NCBI RefSeq assembly: GCF_004010195.1
Contig: NC_057729.1
Span: forward strand, 13,482,777 to 13,546,776
Length of the DNA stretch: 64,000 nucleotides
From: Chiloscyllium plagiosum
Taxonomy: Eukaryota
Reading direction: 5' to 3'
Of the stretch, positions 1-12,842 are shown one piece after another (the stretch's first letter is position 1; each line of letters starts with the position of its first letter). The notes below the pieces were generated by a model that had not been told where the DNA came from, did no database searches, and saw nothing but the letters and a program-made list of their open reading frames with translations. The position numbers and the translations under genes are program-made.

Positions 1-362
1 TCCCTCTCCCCCTTCTGTTTGTAGATGAGGGTGATGATGCCTTTCCTCATGGATTCACTCATGGTACCTGCCCGAAGCATACTGACATACACCTCCAGTA
101 GGACCGGGCCAATCAAGTCCCACAGAGTGGAATAGATCTCGACCGGTAAGCCGTCGCTTCCGGGAGTTTTATTCTTTTCGAAGGACTCGAGGGCCTTGGT
201 CAGCTCATCCAGAGATAGCGGCTGGTCCAGCCTCTCTCGTGTTCCGTCGTCTAGGACCTCCGTGATAGAGGACAGGAACGACTGGGAGGCCGCGCTGTCG
301 GTTGGCTTCGAGTCATACAGACTGGCATAGAAGGATTCGCTGATCCTCATGATGCCAGCCTG
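1..362 (-). mobile_element. Tx1/L1-clade LINE ORF2 fragment (region just N-terminal of and entering the RT domain), continues off the window
   Basis: Minus strand translates as ...FYASLYDSK...LDQPLSLDELTKALESFEKNKTPGSDGLPVEIY...GIITLIYKQKGER, matching the 'K(T/S)PGxDG' and 'I.LIYK' motifs of L1/Tx1 ORF2. Confidence 0.8.
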
Positions 363-1219
363 AGATGTATTATTGTGTTAACCTGCATATTATGTGAAGT
401 AGAATTCCCATTGCACACTGGCACATTCCAAGGTCCAGGACTACATGCTAACGGACACACTAAAGGTTAGGGTGTCTGTAACTAAGGTGCAGTGAGGAAA
501 GACCACTAAGATCTTTCTGCCGAAGTCCAATGAATGCCTATTCAGTTGTCAGATACCCTTGTTGCCTGAAAATGTGAATATTTTCTTCCTGCATGAGGTA
601 AAAAATGCCTTTGTAATTTGCATGATTTGGAGATGCCGGTGTTGGACTGGGGTGTACAAAGTTAAAAGTCACACAATACCTGGTTATAGTCCAACAGGTT
701 TAATTGGAAGCACACTAGCTTTCGGAGCGACGCTCCTTCATCAGGTGGTAGTGGAGGGCTCAATCCTAACACACAGAATTTATAGTAAAAATTTATAGTG
801 TGATGTAACTGAAATTATACATTGAAAAATTGATTGTCTGTTAAGCCTTTCATCTGTTAGAAAACAGTGATAGTTTCACTTCTTTCATGTGTAAATCATA
901 AAACTTTTTTTTTAAAAAGTTGCATTCTTGGGTTAGCTGTTAACAATGGTGATAACTAGACAATATGTTGAAGGTGTTGGCCCCCGTGTTCTCTATCTAT
1001 GCCATGATGTTTAGATTGATTCCCTCCCAGCTGGGGAACACCTCAGTGGTCCAGGACATTCAACCTCGGACTTTCAGGTGACCATCCTCCAAGGTGGACT
1101 TCGGGACAGGCAGCAGAGAAAAGTGGCTGAACAGAGGCTGATAGCTAAGTTCCGTACCCATAGGGAGGGCCTCAACCGGGACCTTGGGTTCATGTCACAT
1201 TACAGGTGACCACCATTGC

Positions 1220-1495
1220 ACTACACACACACACAGATACTCCTACACACACACACACACACACACAGAGGCACTTCTATACACACATACACACAGACAC
1301 ACATAAACACAGACGTGCACACAGACACCCATACACACCCTTACAGACACACACACTCCCACACTCACACATGCACCCCTCACAGACTTAAGACACTCTG
1401 CACTCACTACACACACATACACTTTCTCACACTCACAACCCTCAATCCAGACAGACAGACACACACACACACAGACAAAAATCCACATGCACACA
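1220..1495. repeat. CA-rich microsatellite/low-complexity tract inside the PLE 3' UTR
   Basis: Interrupted (CA)n/(CAGA)n runs. Confidence 0.9.
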
Positions 1496-1906
1496 TATAT
1501 CTTGTGGGGTGAATTTGTACTTGCAGGGTTACATTGTACTTTCCTCAAAAACTGCATGCATTCATGTAGATTTCGGAGCTCAAATACTGCATGAATTTAT
1601 GTAAAACTCCATTATCTCACTTTTTAGATTAGAATCAATCTAAACATCATGGCATAGACAGAGAACACAGGGGGCTAACACCTTCAACATATTGTCTAGC
1701 TATCACCATTGTTAACAGCTAACCCAAGAATGCAACTTTTTGAAAAGAAAGTTTTGTGATTTACACATGAAAGAAGTGAAACTATCACTGTATTCTAACA
1801 GATGAAAGGCTTAACAGACAATCAATTTTTCAATGTATATTTCAGTTACATCACACTGTAAATTTTTGCTATAAATTCTGTGTGTTAGGATTGAGCCCTC
1901 CACTAC

Positions 1907-1941
1907 CACCTGATGAAGGAGCATCGCTCCGAAAGCTAGTG
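1907..1941 (+). ncRNA. Minimal type I hammerhead ribozyme motif in the PLE pLTR (inverted twin at ~713-748 on the minus strand)
   Basis: CAC-CUGAUGA-A-GGAGC(AUC)GCUCC-GAA-AGCU-A-GUG: catalytic core, stem II, palindromic stem III and a CAC/GUG stem I. Confidence 0.75.
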
Positions 1942-2425
1942 TGCTTCCAATTAAACCTGTTGGACTATAACCTGGTGTTGTGTGATTTTTAACTTTGTAA
2001 TTTGCAATTGCATGATAGCACTATGGGATAAAAAATTCAAATGTATCATTTGTGTTTCATTTTCCTTTTTGGAAAGACTGGACAAATCAGAATGAGAGCA
2101 TTAATATATTTTTGCAATAAAAATTACTTGGAGTAGATTAATCCTATAAATGCCTATATGCATGTGAAAACTGGGGAAATTATTTACTGGGTTACTGTGC
2201 TTTGTAAATTTAAAGTCAAGGTTGTATTTATTGAAACAAAAGTGTGATAATTGCACTTTATATCCAAATCTCTGAATTCTGATTTTGTGAGATTAAGTTG
2301 GTTTTTGACCCTCACTATTTTTCCTTCCTCTTCCTTTCCCATTTATCCAAAGTGAAAGTCTAATTTGTTCGTTTCTTCACCTACAACTCTTCCTTTAACT
2401 CCCTGTACAACAGTGACTGCCATGA

Positions 2426-2712
2426 GGGCGGCACGGTGGCCCAGTGGTTAGCACTGCTGCCTCACAGCGCCTGAGACCTGGGTTCAATTCCTGCCTCAGG
2501 CGACTGACTATGTGGAGTTTGCACGTTCCGGGTGCTCCGGTTTCCTCCCACAGTCACAAAGATGTGCAGGGTCAGGTGAATTGGCCATACTAAATTGCCC
2601 GTAGTGTTAGGTAAGGGGTAAATGTAGGGGTATGGGTGGGTTTCGCTTCGGCGGGTCGGTGTGGACTTGTTGGGCCGAAGGGCCTGTTTCCACACTGTAA
2701 TGTAATCTAATC
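2426..2712 (+). mobile_element. HE1-type tRNA-derived shark SINE (internal deletion)
   Basis: GGGCGGCACGGTGGCCCAGTGGTTAGC (A box), GGTTCAATTCC (B box), CR1-like 3' tail ending in (TAATC)n. Confidence 0.9.
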
Positions 2713-3076
2713 GAATAAAAAAAAAGGAATCAATCAATTTCAATGCCTCCATGAAGGGAGAGAGCACACTTAGAAATGATATCTTGAATGCACGTCTGTT
2801 CTTCTTTGCATGAGTGAGGTTCAGCTCAGTCAGTAGTCCAAGGGAAAAAATTATGGAAAAGAATTAACTGCGGATGAAGTGGTCACAGAATTCTCTGGAG
2901 AGGGGCTAGTTGACATGGATTTGTGTTGGAGTAGATCTGAGATCATAAGAAAAATGACTTATCTTGCTCTTTGCATTTTTCCAAGTGCTTTCCACAATAT
3001 TGTCACTTCTGAAATGCAGTCAGTATTATGACAAAAAGCATAGACTCAGGTGGTTTTAAGAGTGGCGGAGTAGATG

Positions 3077-4220
3077 TCATAGAGTCAGAGAGATCTACAA
3101 CACAGAAACAGACCCTTCAGTCCAACTTGTCCATGCTGACCAGATATCCCAACCTAATCCAGTCCCATTTACCAGCAGTTGGCCCTTATCCCTCTAAACC
3201 TTTCCTATTCATGTACCTATCCAGATGTCTTTCAAATATTGTAATTGTACCAGGTTCCACCACTTCCTCTGGTAACTCATTCCATACACACACCACCCTT
3301 TGTGTGAAAAAGTTGTCCTTATGGTCCCTTTTAAATCTTTCCCCTCTCACCCTAAACTTATGCCCTGTAGTACTGGACTCTTCAACCCAGGGAAAAGACC
3401 TTGTCTATTTACCCATGCCATGCCACTCATGATTTTATAAATCTCTATAAGGTCACTGCTCAGCCTCTGACACTCCAGATAAAAAAATACCCAACCTATT
3501 CAACCTCTCCCTATAGCTCAAACCCTTCAACCCTGGCAATATCCTTGTAAGTGTTTTCTGAACTATTTCAAGTTTCACAACATCCCTCCTATAGGAGGGA
3601 GACCAAAATTGCACACAATATTCCAGAAGTGGTCTAATCAATATCCTGTACAGCTGCAACATGACCTCCCAACTCCTGTACTCAATGCTCTGATCAATAA
3701 AGGAAAGCATACTAAATGCCTTCTTCACTATCCTATCTACCTGAGACTCCACTTTCAAGGAACTATGAACCTGCACTCCAAGATCTCTTTGTTCAGCAAT
3801 ACTCCATAGGATCTTACCATTAAGTGTATAAGTCCTGCTCTGATTTGCTTTTCCAAAATGCAGCATGTCGCATTTATCTAAATTAAACTTTATCTGCCAC
3901 TCCTCGGCCCATTGGCCCATCTGATCAAGATCCTGTTGCACTCTTGAGGTAACCTTCTTTGCTGTCCGCTACACCTCCAATTTTGATGTCATCTGCAAAC
4001 TTACTAACTATACCTCCTATGTTCACATCCAAATCATTTACATAAATGATAAAAAGCAGTGGACCCAACACTGATCCTTGTAACACACCACTGACCACCG
4101 GCCTTCAGTCTGAAAAGCCCTCCACCACCACCCTCTGTCTTCTAGCTTTGAGCCAGTTCTGTGTCCAAATGACTAGTTCTCCCCATATTTCATGAGATCT
4201 AACCTTGCTAACTAATCTAC
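3077..4220 (-). mobile_element. 5'-truncated CR1/HER1-type LINE (RT C-terminal half and 3' UTR)
   Basis: ORF 3453-3941 contains QIKFNLDKC, RDLGVQVH and RPLLEYCVQFWSP; FADD codons lie near 3990; 3' end near 3077. Confidence 0.9.
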
Positions 4221-4354
4221 ATGTTGACATCTTTCAGACACAAAAGCATAAGGCAAACTCCAGTAACGTTTTGAGGGGAAATGATGGTTCTTCTACTCAA
4301 TGCACAGCATTTCCAAATGATTGGAAAATTTATAATTTATAACCTTTCCACATT

Positions 4355-6725
4355 GCATAGTATCATAGTTTTGTGAGGCTTTTCGGTCCATAGTCTTAAG
4401 TGCTGGTCATTAAGCACTTATCCACTCTAATGCCTTTTCCAGCATCTGACTCATAGTCTTAAATACTATGGAATCTCAAGTGTGCATCTAAATAGTTTTT
4501 AAATGTCTTGAGTGTTCCTGCCTTGACCACCTAGTTTTTTAGACAATAAGTTCTAGATACCCACTGCACTCATTGTGGGGAAAAAAATCCTCCAATCCTC
4601 TCTAAACCTCCTGCTCCATACCTTAAACATATACCCTCTGAGGAGTTATGAGAGGTTGTTGGCGGATAGGATCAGGGTAAACCCTAAGGTTTCTATAGGT
4701 ATTTAAGGAATAAAAGAATGACGAGAGTAAGATTAGGGCCAATCAAGGATAGTAGTGGGAAGTTGTGTGTGGAGTCAGAGGAGATAGGGGAAGCACTAAA
4801 TGAATATTTTTCGACAGTATTCACTCTAGAAAATAACAATGTGGTCGAGGAGAATACTGAGATACAGGCTACTAGACTAGGTGGAGCTGAGGTTCACAAG
4901 GAAGAGGTATTAGAAATCCTACAGATTGTGAAAATAGGTAAGTCCCCTGGGCCGGATGGGATTTATCCTAGGATCCTCTGGGAAGCCAAGGAGGAGATTG
5001 CCGAGCCTTTGGCATTGATCTTTAAATCGTCATTGTCTACAGGAATAGTGCCAGAAGACTGGAGGATAGCAAATGTGGTTCCCCTGTTCAAGAAGGGGAG
5101 TAGAGACAACCCTGGTAATTATACACCAGTGAGCCTTACTTCAGTTGTTGGTAAAGTGTTAGAAAAGGTGATAAGAGATAGGATTTACAATCATCTAGAA
5201 AAGAATAATTTGATTAGGGATAGTCAGCACGGTTTTGTGAAGGGTAGGTCATGCCTCACAAACCTTATTGACTTCTTTGAGAAGGTGACAAAACAGGTAG
5301 ATGAGAGTAAACCGGTTGATGTGATGTATATGGATTTCAGCAAGGCGTTCGATAAGGTTCCCCACAGTAGGCTTTTGTACAAAATGCGGAGGAATGGGAT
5401 TGTGGGAGATATAGCAGTTTGGATCAGTAATTGGCTTTCTGAAAGAAGACAGAGGGTGGTGGTTGAGGGGAAATGTTCATCCTGGAGTCCAGTTACGAGT
5501 GGTGCACTGCAAGGGTTGGTGTTGGGTCCACTGCTGTTCATCATTTTTATAAACGACCTGGATGAGGGCGTAGAAGGGTGGGTTAGTAAATTTGCAGACG
5601 ACACCAAGGTCGGTGGAGTTGTGGATAGTGACGAAGGATGTTGTAGGTTACGGAGAGACATAGAAAAGCTCCAGAGCTGGACTGAGAGGAGGCAAATGGA
5701 GTTTAATGCGGACAAGTGTGAGGTGATTCACTTTGGTCGGAGTAACTGGAATGCAAAATACTGGCCAAATGGTAAGATTCTTGGTAACATAGATGAGCAG
5801 GGAGATGTCGGTGTCCATGTACACAGATCCTTGAAAGTTGTCACCCAGGTTGACAGGGTTGTTAAGAAGGCATACAGTGTTTTCACTTTTATTAATAGAG
5901 GGATCGAGTTCCGGAACCATGAGGTTATGCTGCGGCTGTACAAAACTCTGGTGTGGCCGCACTTGGAGTAATGTGTACAGTTCTGGTCACCACATTATAA
6001 GAAGGATGTGGAAGCTTTGGAAAGCGTGCAGAGGAGAGAAGGATGTGGAAGCTTTGGAAAGCGTGCAGAGGAGATTTGCTAGGATGTTGCCTGGTAGGGA
6101 GGGAAGGTCTTATGAGGAAAAGCTGAGGGACTTGACGCTGTTTTCGTTAGAGAGAAGGTTGAGAGATGACTTAATAGAGACATATAAGATAATCAGAGGG
6201 TTAGATAGGGTGGACAGGGAGAGCCTTTTTCCAAGAATGGTGATGGTGAGCATGAGGGGGTATAGCTTTAAATTGAGGGGTGATAGTTATAGGACAGATG
6301 TCAGAGGTAGTTTGTTTACTCAGAGAGTAGTAAGGGTATGGAATGCTTTGCCAGCATCGGTAGTAGATTCACCAACTTTAAGTACATTTAAGTCGTCATT
6401 GGACAAGCATTATGGACGTACATGGAATAGTGTAGGTTAGATGGGCTTCAGATTGGTATCACAGGTCGGTGTAACATCAAGGGCCGAAGGGCATGTACTG
6501 TGCTGTAATGTTCTATGTTCTATGTTCTATGTTATTGACCCTTTGCTAAGAAGAAAAGAAACTCCCTATCTATCCTGTCTTTGCCTCTCAGAACTTTGTG
6601 TATCTCAATCAAACAGCCCTCAGTCTTCTCCACTCTAAGGAAAACATCCCCAGATTATCAAGTCTCCCTTCATAACTGAATTGCTCAAGCCCAATCAACA
6701 TCCTGGTGAATTTCTTCTCGTGCAG
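4355..6725 (-). mobile_element. Old CR1 3'-end fragment split by the younger CR1 at 4641-6533 (host pieces ~4355-4640 and ~6534-6725)
   Basis: The degraded minus-strand CR1 3' sequence reads through across the insertion (...CCCTCTG | TTATTGACCC...). Confidence 0.55.
4641..6533 (+). mobile_element. 5'-truncated CR1 LINE with a nearly intact RT domain (417-aa ORF 4718-5971)
   Basis: Motifs KSPGPDGI, ANVVPLFKKG, QHGF, DFSKAFDKVPH and FADDTK; premature stop at 5969; 37-bp tandem duplication at 6001-6074; (TTCTATG)n tail at 6511-6533. Confidence 0.95.
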
Positions 6726-6914
6726 CCATGTTCTTTCAATAATGTGGAGACTCCTAAAATATTTATTTTGAAATGACAACAAAGATGGATTGAGTGTCAA
6801 CAGTGAGGCACCAGCAAGTGGGGTGAACATTAGGTGGATACAAGAAACTAGGCCCCAGGCGCGGGATGGAGCAAAAGTATCAGTAAAAGGAACGGACGGT
6901 GTGTCAATGGCAAT

Positions 6915-8189
6915 CAACAGTCAATCTTCCATAATTACACTGGCACCACTCCCCACCTCTTCCACCGCTACATTTTTGACTACATTGGAGCCACCTCGTG
7001 CTCCCGCAAGGAGGTTGAGCAATTCATCAACTTCACCAACACATTCCACCTTGACCTGAAATTTACCTGGACCATCTCTGACACCTCCCTCCCCTTCCTG
7101 GACCTCTCCATCTCCATTAATGACGACCGACTTGATACCGACATTTTTTACAAACCCACCGACTCTCACAGCTACCTGGATTACACCTCTTCCCACCCTA
7201 CCTCCTGCAAAAATGCCATCCTGTATTCCCAATTCCTCCACATTCGCCTTTTCTGCTCCCAGGAGGGCCAGTTCCACCACAGAACACACCAGATGGCCTC
7301 CTTCTTTAGAGATCGCAATTTCCCTTCCCACATGGTTAAAGGTGCCCTCCAACGCATCTCGTCCACATCCCGCACCTCTGCCCTCAGACCCCACCCCTCC
7401 AACTGTAACAAAGACAGAATGCCCCTGGTGCTCACCTTCCACCCTACCAACCTTCGCATAAACCAAATCATCTGCCGACATTTCCGCCACCTCCAAACAG
7501 ACAGTACCACCAGGGATATATTTCCCTCCCCACCCCTTTCCGCCTTCNNNNNNNNNNNNNNNNNNNNNNNNNNNNNNNNNNNNNNNNNNNNNNNNNNNNN
7601 NNNNNNNNNNNNNNNNNNNNNNNNNNNNNNNNNNNNNNNNNNNNNNNNNNNNNNNNNNNNNNNNNNNNNNNNNNNNNNNNNNNNNNNNNNNNNNNNNNNN
7701 NNNNNNNNNNNNNNNNNNNNNNNNNNNNNNNNNNNNNNNNNNNNNNNNNNNNNNNNNNNNNNNNNNNNNNNNNNNNNNNNNNNNNNNNNNNNNNNNNNNN
7801 NNNNNNNNNNNNNNNNNNNNNNNNNNNNNNNNNNNNNNNNNNNNNNNNNNNNNNNNNNNNNNNNNNNNNNNNNNNNNNNNNNNNNNNNNNNNNNNNNNNN
7901 NNNNNNNNNNNNNNNNNNNNNNNNNNNNNNNNNNNNNNNNNNNNNNNNNNNNNNNNNNNNNNNNNNNNNNNNNNNNNNNNNNNNNNNNNNNNNNNCCTAT
8001 CACCTTCATCCCCCCCCCCACTCACCTATTGTACTCTATGCTACTTTCTCCCCACCCTCACCCTCCTCTCACTTATCTCTCCACCCTTCAGGCTTTCTGC
8101 CTGTATTCCTGATGAAGGGCTTTTGCCCGAAACATCGATTTTACTGCTCCTCGGATGCTGCCTGAACTGCTGTGCTCTTCCAGCACCAC
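6915..8189 (+). mobile_element. 5'-truncated Penelope-like element (RT C-terminus to pLTR) spanning the assembly gap
   Basis: Degenerate RYIDD, LPFLDLSI and KPTDSHSYLDYTSSHP, then PLVLTFHP; hammerhead motif at 8109-8140; TSD CAATGGCAAT at 6905-6914 and 8190-8199. Confidence 0.85.
7548..7995. other. Assembly gap (448 N)
   Basis: Run of n. Confidence 1.
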
Positions 8190-8314
8190 CAATGGCAATA
8201 TCTGGAGGAGCATTGGACAGTAAAAAGAAGCCTTCTCCAGGCCCTGCAATGAGGTGCCTTCCCAGTGGCCTAGCATGGCAGTTTTCAGTGGTGGTTTCTG
8301 GCCCAGTATTCCAG

Positions 8315-8503
8315 GTTGTGGTGCTGGAAAAGTACATCAGGTCAGGCATCATTCGTGGAGCAAGAGAATTGATGTTTCGGGCATAAACCTTTCACCTAAT
8401 GAAGGGCTTTTGCCCAAAACACGATTTGCCTGCTCCTCAGGTGCTGCCTGACCTGGTGTGCATTTCCAACATGACACACTTGACTTTGATCCTAACTTTC
8501 TCT
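8315..8503. mobile_element. Short internally inverted PLE pLTR-derived insertion
   Basis: Two opposed copies of the hammerhead-bearing pLTR end; TSD CAGTATTCCAG at 8304-8314 and 8504-8514. Confidence 0.75.
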
Positions 8504-10226
8504 CAGTATTCCAGCAGTCTGGTGTGGCTGTCTCATCTCTGTTGTGTCTTCAGGATATTCCATTGTTCTTTAATCAGCTTTTCCCAAGCTCAGAAACCTT
8601 TAACTGAACTTGATGGACTTGTTTTAATTTTAATTTTCTTCTTATTATATATGACTTCTGTCATTAATATATGCATGTGGTAGGGTGACTTATAAAATTT
8701 CTCACTATTTTATTTACGTAAAAGTGCACGTGACAACAAATTTTTACTCTATTCTAATTTATATTCTATTCTAATGCATGGTATCTTTGGATTTTATTAT
8801 TTAAAAATTTGAGAAAGATGGGATAGCTTAGTCCAATTGAAAAAATGCAGCCAAAAGCAGTGTTTTTTTGTATGAAGAACAGGGTGGGTTTTGCTCAGAT
8901 TGGCTTAACTTGTGTTTTCTAGAGATTACTTTTGACATGATGTGTCAGGATAATCTGTTGCGTGGTTTCCGAAGTGCGTTAAGTAAAGATATATTTTCAA
9001 ATTGTCCTAACTAAGCTGCTATTGTTATACCTACATCCAGCACAGTAGCTGAAACCTAGATGTTGGGTGGGGACAGAGCAGAGGAACTGCTCCTGACGAT
9101 GTGGGAACAGGGCTCAGGGCTGGAAGCAATAAGTAGGTAATAGGAGGGGAGATGTGGAAAAGAAATGAAAGAACACACTTGCCTTTACACCATTAAAATA
9201 ACAGACTGGAAATTCAGTCAGTCCAGGGTCGGTCTGAAAATTATATTCCTTGTACAGCTCCTTACGCAGCATCTGTTTTACATTGGCTTTATTTTGGATT
9301 CATGAAAGCAAAAGCGTATTTCATCAAATGTAATGTGTTTCATCAAACATGTAAAAAAATTACATTTATGTAGCACCTTTTCATGATCTCAAGAATCTCC
9401 AAATAATTTCTACAGCCCATTAAATACTTCTGAATTACTATCATTATTGCAATGTAGGAAATAATGTTACCAATTTACTCACAACAAGTTCCCTAAAAGC
9501 AGAAATATAATATGATGAGATATGGTTGAGGCATAACTATTGGTAAAGACATGCATCCTTCTTCAAAATATTGTCAGGGGATGTTGAAAGGTTGTTTCCA
9601 AATTCTTCCTCTTGTGATAAGGATCTTTTAATGTAAATATTTACTTCTCACATGCTGAATATATATTGATATCATGCAATTATTATCTCTATTTTATTGA
9701 AGTAATTTAGTCACCATAGGAATGAGCCTTTAACTTAATGGTCTCATCCTTGCTCTGAGTCAGAAACACAATAGGTAAAGAGAGCCCCAATTAGTTCAGA
9801 TATATGGAGTTCCTGGTATGAATTCTGGTTATCATTCACTGGGGTACATGCATCCAATGCATGCTGATGACCCTTTTGTTAAATTAATTGTGCAAATCCA
9901 TAAACCCCTTCCACCATGTTTTCTTTTAGTTCAGTGTTGCATGGAATGCAATTGTCATCATCAAAGTCCACATTTGTTTCTCATTCCCTATTGCCTTCAA
10001 TGATGGTGGGAGCCATTGCAGTGTAGCCATACAAAAAGATGCTGTTAAAAGAGGAGTTTAGAATTTTGACACAGTAATAATGAAGTGACAGTAACATTGC
10101 TTCAGGTCTTGGTGATGTACTGCTTGGAGGATAGCTTGAGATGTTGGTCTTCCCATGCATTTGCAGTCCTGTCTTTCTGAGTCTTCCAGGTCACTGATCT
10201 AGGATATGCAAATGGAAGCGTGGAAA

Positions 10227-10520
10227 TCTGACACTGTAGAAGCAGGCCATTTGGCTCATCGAGTCCACACCAACCTTCCGAAGAGCATTCCATTCAGAGC
10301 TATCCCCTTACCCTATCCCTGTAACCCTGCATTTCCCATGGTCAATTCAACTAACTTGTACATCCCTTGGACTGTGGGAGGAAACCAGAACACTTGGCAG
10401 AAATCCATGCCAACACAGGGAGAACATGCAAAATCCACACAGACAGTCACCCAAGATTGGAATCAAACCCAACTTCCTGGCACTATGAGGCAACAGTGCT
10501 AACCACTGGGCCACTGTGAC
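10227..10520 (-). mobile_element. Degraded HE1-type SINE, nested in an older LINE 3' fragment (~9975-10620)
   Basis: GTGCTAACCACTGGGCCAC (reverse A box) plus the SINE body. Confidence 0.8.
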
Positions 10521-12819
10521 AGAGGCTTGGTAGTTTGTTGCACTACATCTTGTATTTGGCACATATTGCTGCCACAGTGTGTTGGTGGCGAAAGGAGTGA
10601 ATGTTGATATTGGTGAATGAAATGGACACTGAAAATGTTTTTGACTGGTACAAAGATTATTATATACATGGAGGAGTATTCACTGTTCAGGTTATCTGCT
10701 TATTGTTAATCAGCCAGTGCAGCATCTCTTCACACAACTTTGAAGGGGAAAAACGTCTTGAATTATCCAGACCCTCCATTTTTCTTTGACCATGTTAGTG
10801 TCAATCTTGTCAGCTAAATTAGATCTAAATTATAGTTACCCTCGTAGTCACAGTGATTCAGCAGCTCCTTTTTACGCAAGTCCTGGAGAAAAGGCAATTG
10901 AGTACTATGTAAAGTGGCTCATCAAATTGTCATGAGCACATTTTGCACTATTACCAAAGAACAATTTTAACCTCTTCAGCTGCAGCCGAACCATAAATTG
11001 TGCCATTTACTACCATCTTTGTTTCGTAGCTAAGGGCTCATTCGAATTAATATATGATGCCAGATCAATAGTTCCCATCAGCAGTTGATTAGATTAGATT
11101 AGATTAGATTACCTACAATATGGACGTTGTCTAAACTATTGTTTAAAGTTGGCTTATTATACAGAATTCAATACCCCAAATGAAAAACAGGAGAAACTAA
11201 ACCATTCAGTAATAAATTCTTTATTGATTTGAAATTCTGAACAGTTAAAGCTGATTAGAATACAATCATTCTAGACCAATGTTGACTATAATTAAGTTCT
11301 TTGACACTGAGTGCTCAATCTATGTTTGAGTTATGCTGGCACACAACATGTTAAGTGCTTACATCACAAGGTAAACAAACAAATTTAATAAACACTAGAC
11401 TGCACATTTGATAGCTCTTAGTCATTGTACTTCAGTAGATATTCTTAAATTTAGCATGATTATTTCAATGAACATACAATATTTCTAAATTAGCATTTCA
11501 AAGTTTTATGTAGTGTTTTGATATCAATAATACAATATACAATACTTAATGCATGTAAATGAAGTCTAGTCAGCCAGCCAGAAATCTATTGTTAGTCAGA
11601 ATTAACTACATTAAGAGAAGGAATGAACTATTCAGCTATCTGAGCCTGTTTTGCTGTGCAATAAGACCATAAATGATCTGCATCTCAGTGCATTTACCCA
11701 ACCTGCTTCTTTATACAAGACAAAATGGTAATGGACTGCACACTCTGATATAGAAATGTAAAAAATGTTCTAGATTTATCATTAGACTGAAGTGGACTAG
11801 AGTTTTCATGCCGACTTGATCAATATTAAGCAATGAGATTACAAGTGAAGTTAGAAATGTAAATGAACTTCACGCTTTTCCAAAGGAAGTCCCAGAAAGG
11901 AGTTGTGGGTGTGAGATTTTAAAAGATAATTGTTTTAATCTGTATCTTGAACCTCTTCAATGTTAAATGGAGCAGGTGACCTCCTAATATTTTTCCTGGA
12001 TGGTAAACCAATGTGACCTGTTTGCCACGGGGTCTGGGGCCCCAAGGGATGAAACTCAAATGCCTGCTTTCCCAAGTGGAGAGAGAAAGGAGCAGCTAAC
12101 TTTCTGACTAATTCTGAGGACAGAATTTAATGCCTTCTCTTGAGGCAGATTTGTTGTTCAGTGGGGCATTTGATCGTGGGATTCTGAACCTTCCTGTCTC
12201 TATCCTGATTAAGTCTAGGGTGGGAAGGCTTGTTGATTACTTTTTCCAGAACAAATTGAGCCCCTTAATTGGATATTTAATGCCCACTGTGGGCATAATC
12301 CTACTGCCACTGGCATTAATCCAGCAGTAGGTAAGAGTTTCACCATGTGGGGAGCATGAAGAGGAAACCCTTTTGATAATGCCTATTCAAAAGGGGTCTC
12401 TCACTCAAAGCCACAATATCTGATTGATGAATCTAGCATTGAGAAATGAGGGGAATGAGGCTAAGAATGGTACTTCTGCCTTTGATGACAAACTCCCTTC
12501 CCATGGTCTCTGATTCATGACCTCTCTCCAATGATCACTGGCCTGGCTCCCTCAGAGATGCTGAGCCTTGGGGACCACAGGATGCATGATCAGCAGTTAC
12601 CACTGCTTTCCACTGCAACAATGTACAGCTGCCAGCCTTTGATATGCCAGCAGCTCTGATAGGCATTGTTTCCACCTTTTGAATCCAGAAAATGGCAGCT
12701 ATACTGCAGTTATGTACCTGATCAGATTTCATTCAATAGGTGTCCCAAAAATGGGCAATATCAGGCTCTCAAGCTGGTGAAGCAGACCACTTTTATTCTA
12801 CGCAGAGACCAAAATCCCA

Positions 12820-12842
12820 AAGAGAGAGAGAGAGAGAGAGAG
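12820..12842. repeat. (AG)n microsatellite
   Basis: agagagagagagagagagagag. Confidence 0.9.

Larger units (their letters stand above)
623..1992 (+). mobile_element. 5'-truncated Penelope-like element: inverted pLTR, GIY-YIG C-terminus, CA-rich 3' UTR, pLTR
   Basis: 1023-1209 translates as LPAGEHLSGPGHS...KVAEQRLIAKFRTHREGLNRDLGFMSHYR* (PLE endonuclease C-terminus). 655-1022 is a near-perfect inverted copy of 1632-1999. TSD CTTTGTAATTTGCA at 609-622 and 1993-2006. Confidence 0.85.

Noticed and set aside
1206-1557. His/Thr- and Val/Cys-rich ORFs
   Set aside because: Translations of the CA microsatellite.
2426-2505. tRNA gene (also at other A/B-box sites)
   Set aside because: The boxes are the heads of multi-copy SINEs and continue into SINE body and tail.
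5224-5962. Antisense ORFs over CR1 (likewise those antisense to ERV gag/pol)
   Set aside because: Shadow frames of retroelement coding sequence with no recognisable motifs.
6921-8165. Long ORFs of 185-366 aa
   Set aside because: Inflated by the N gap; the real content is a PLE fragment.
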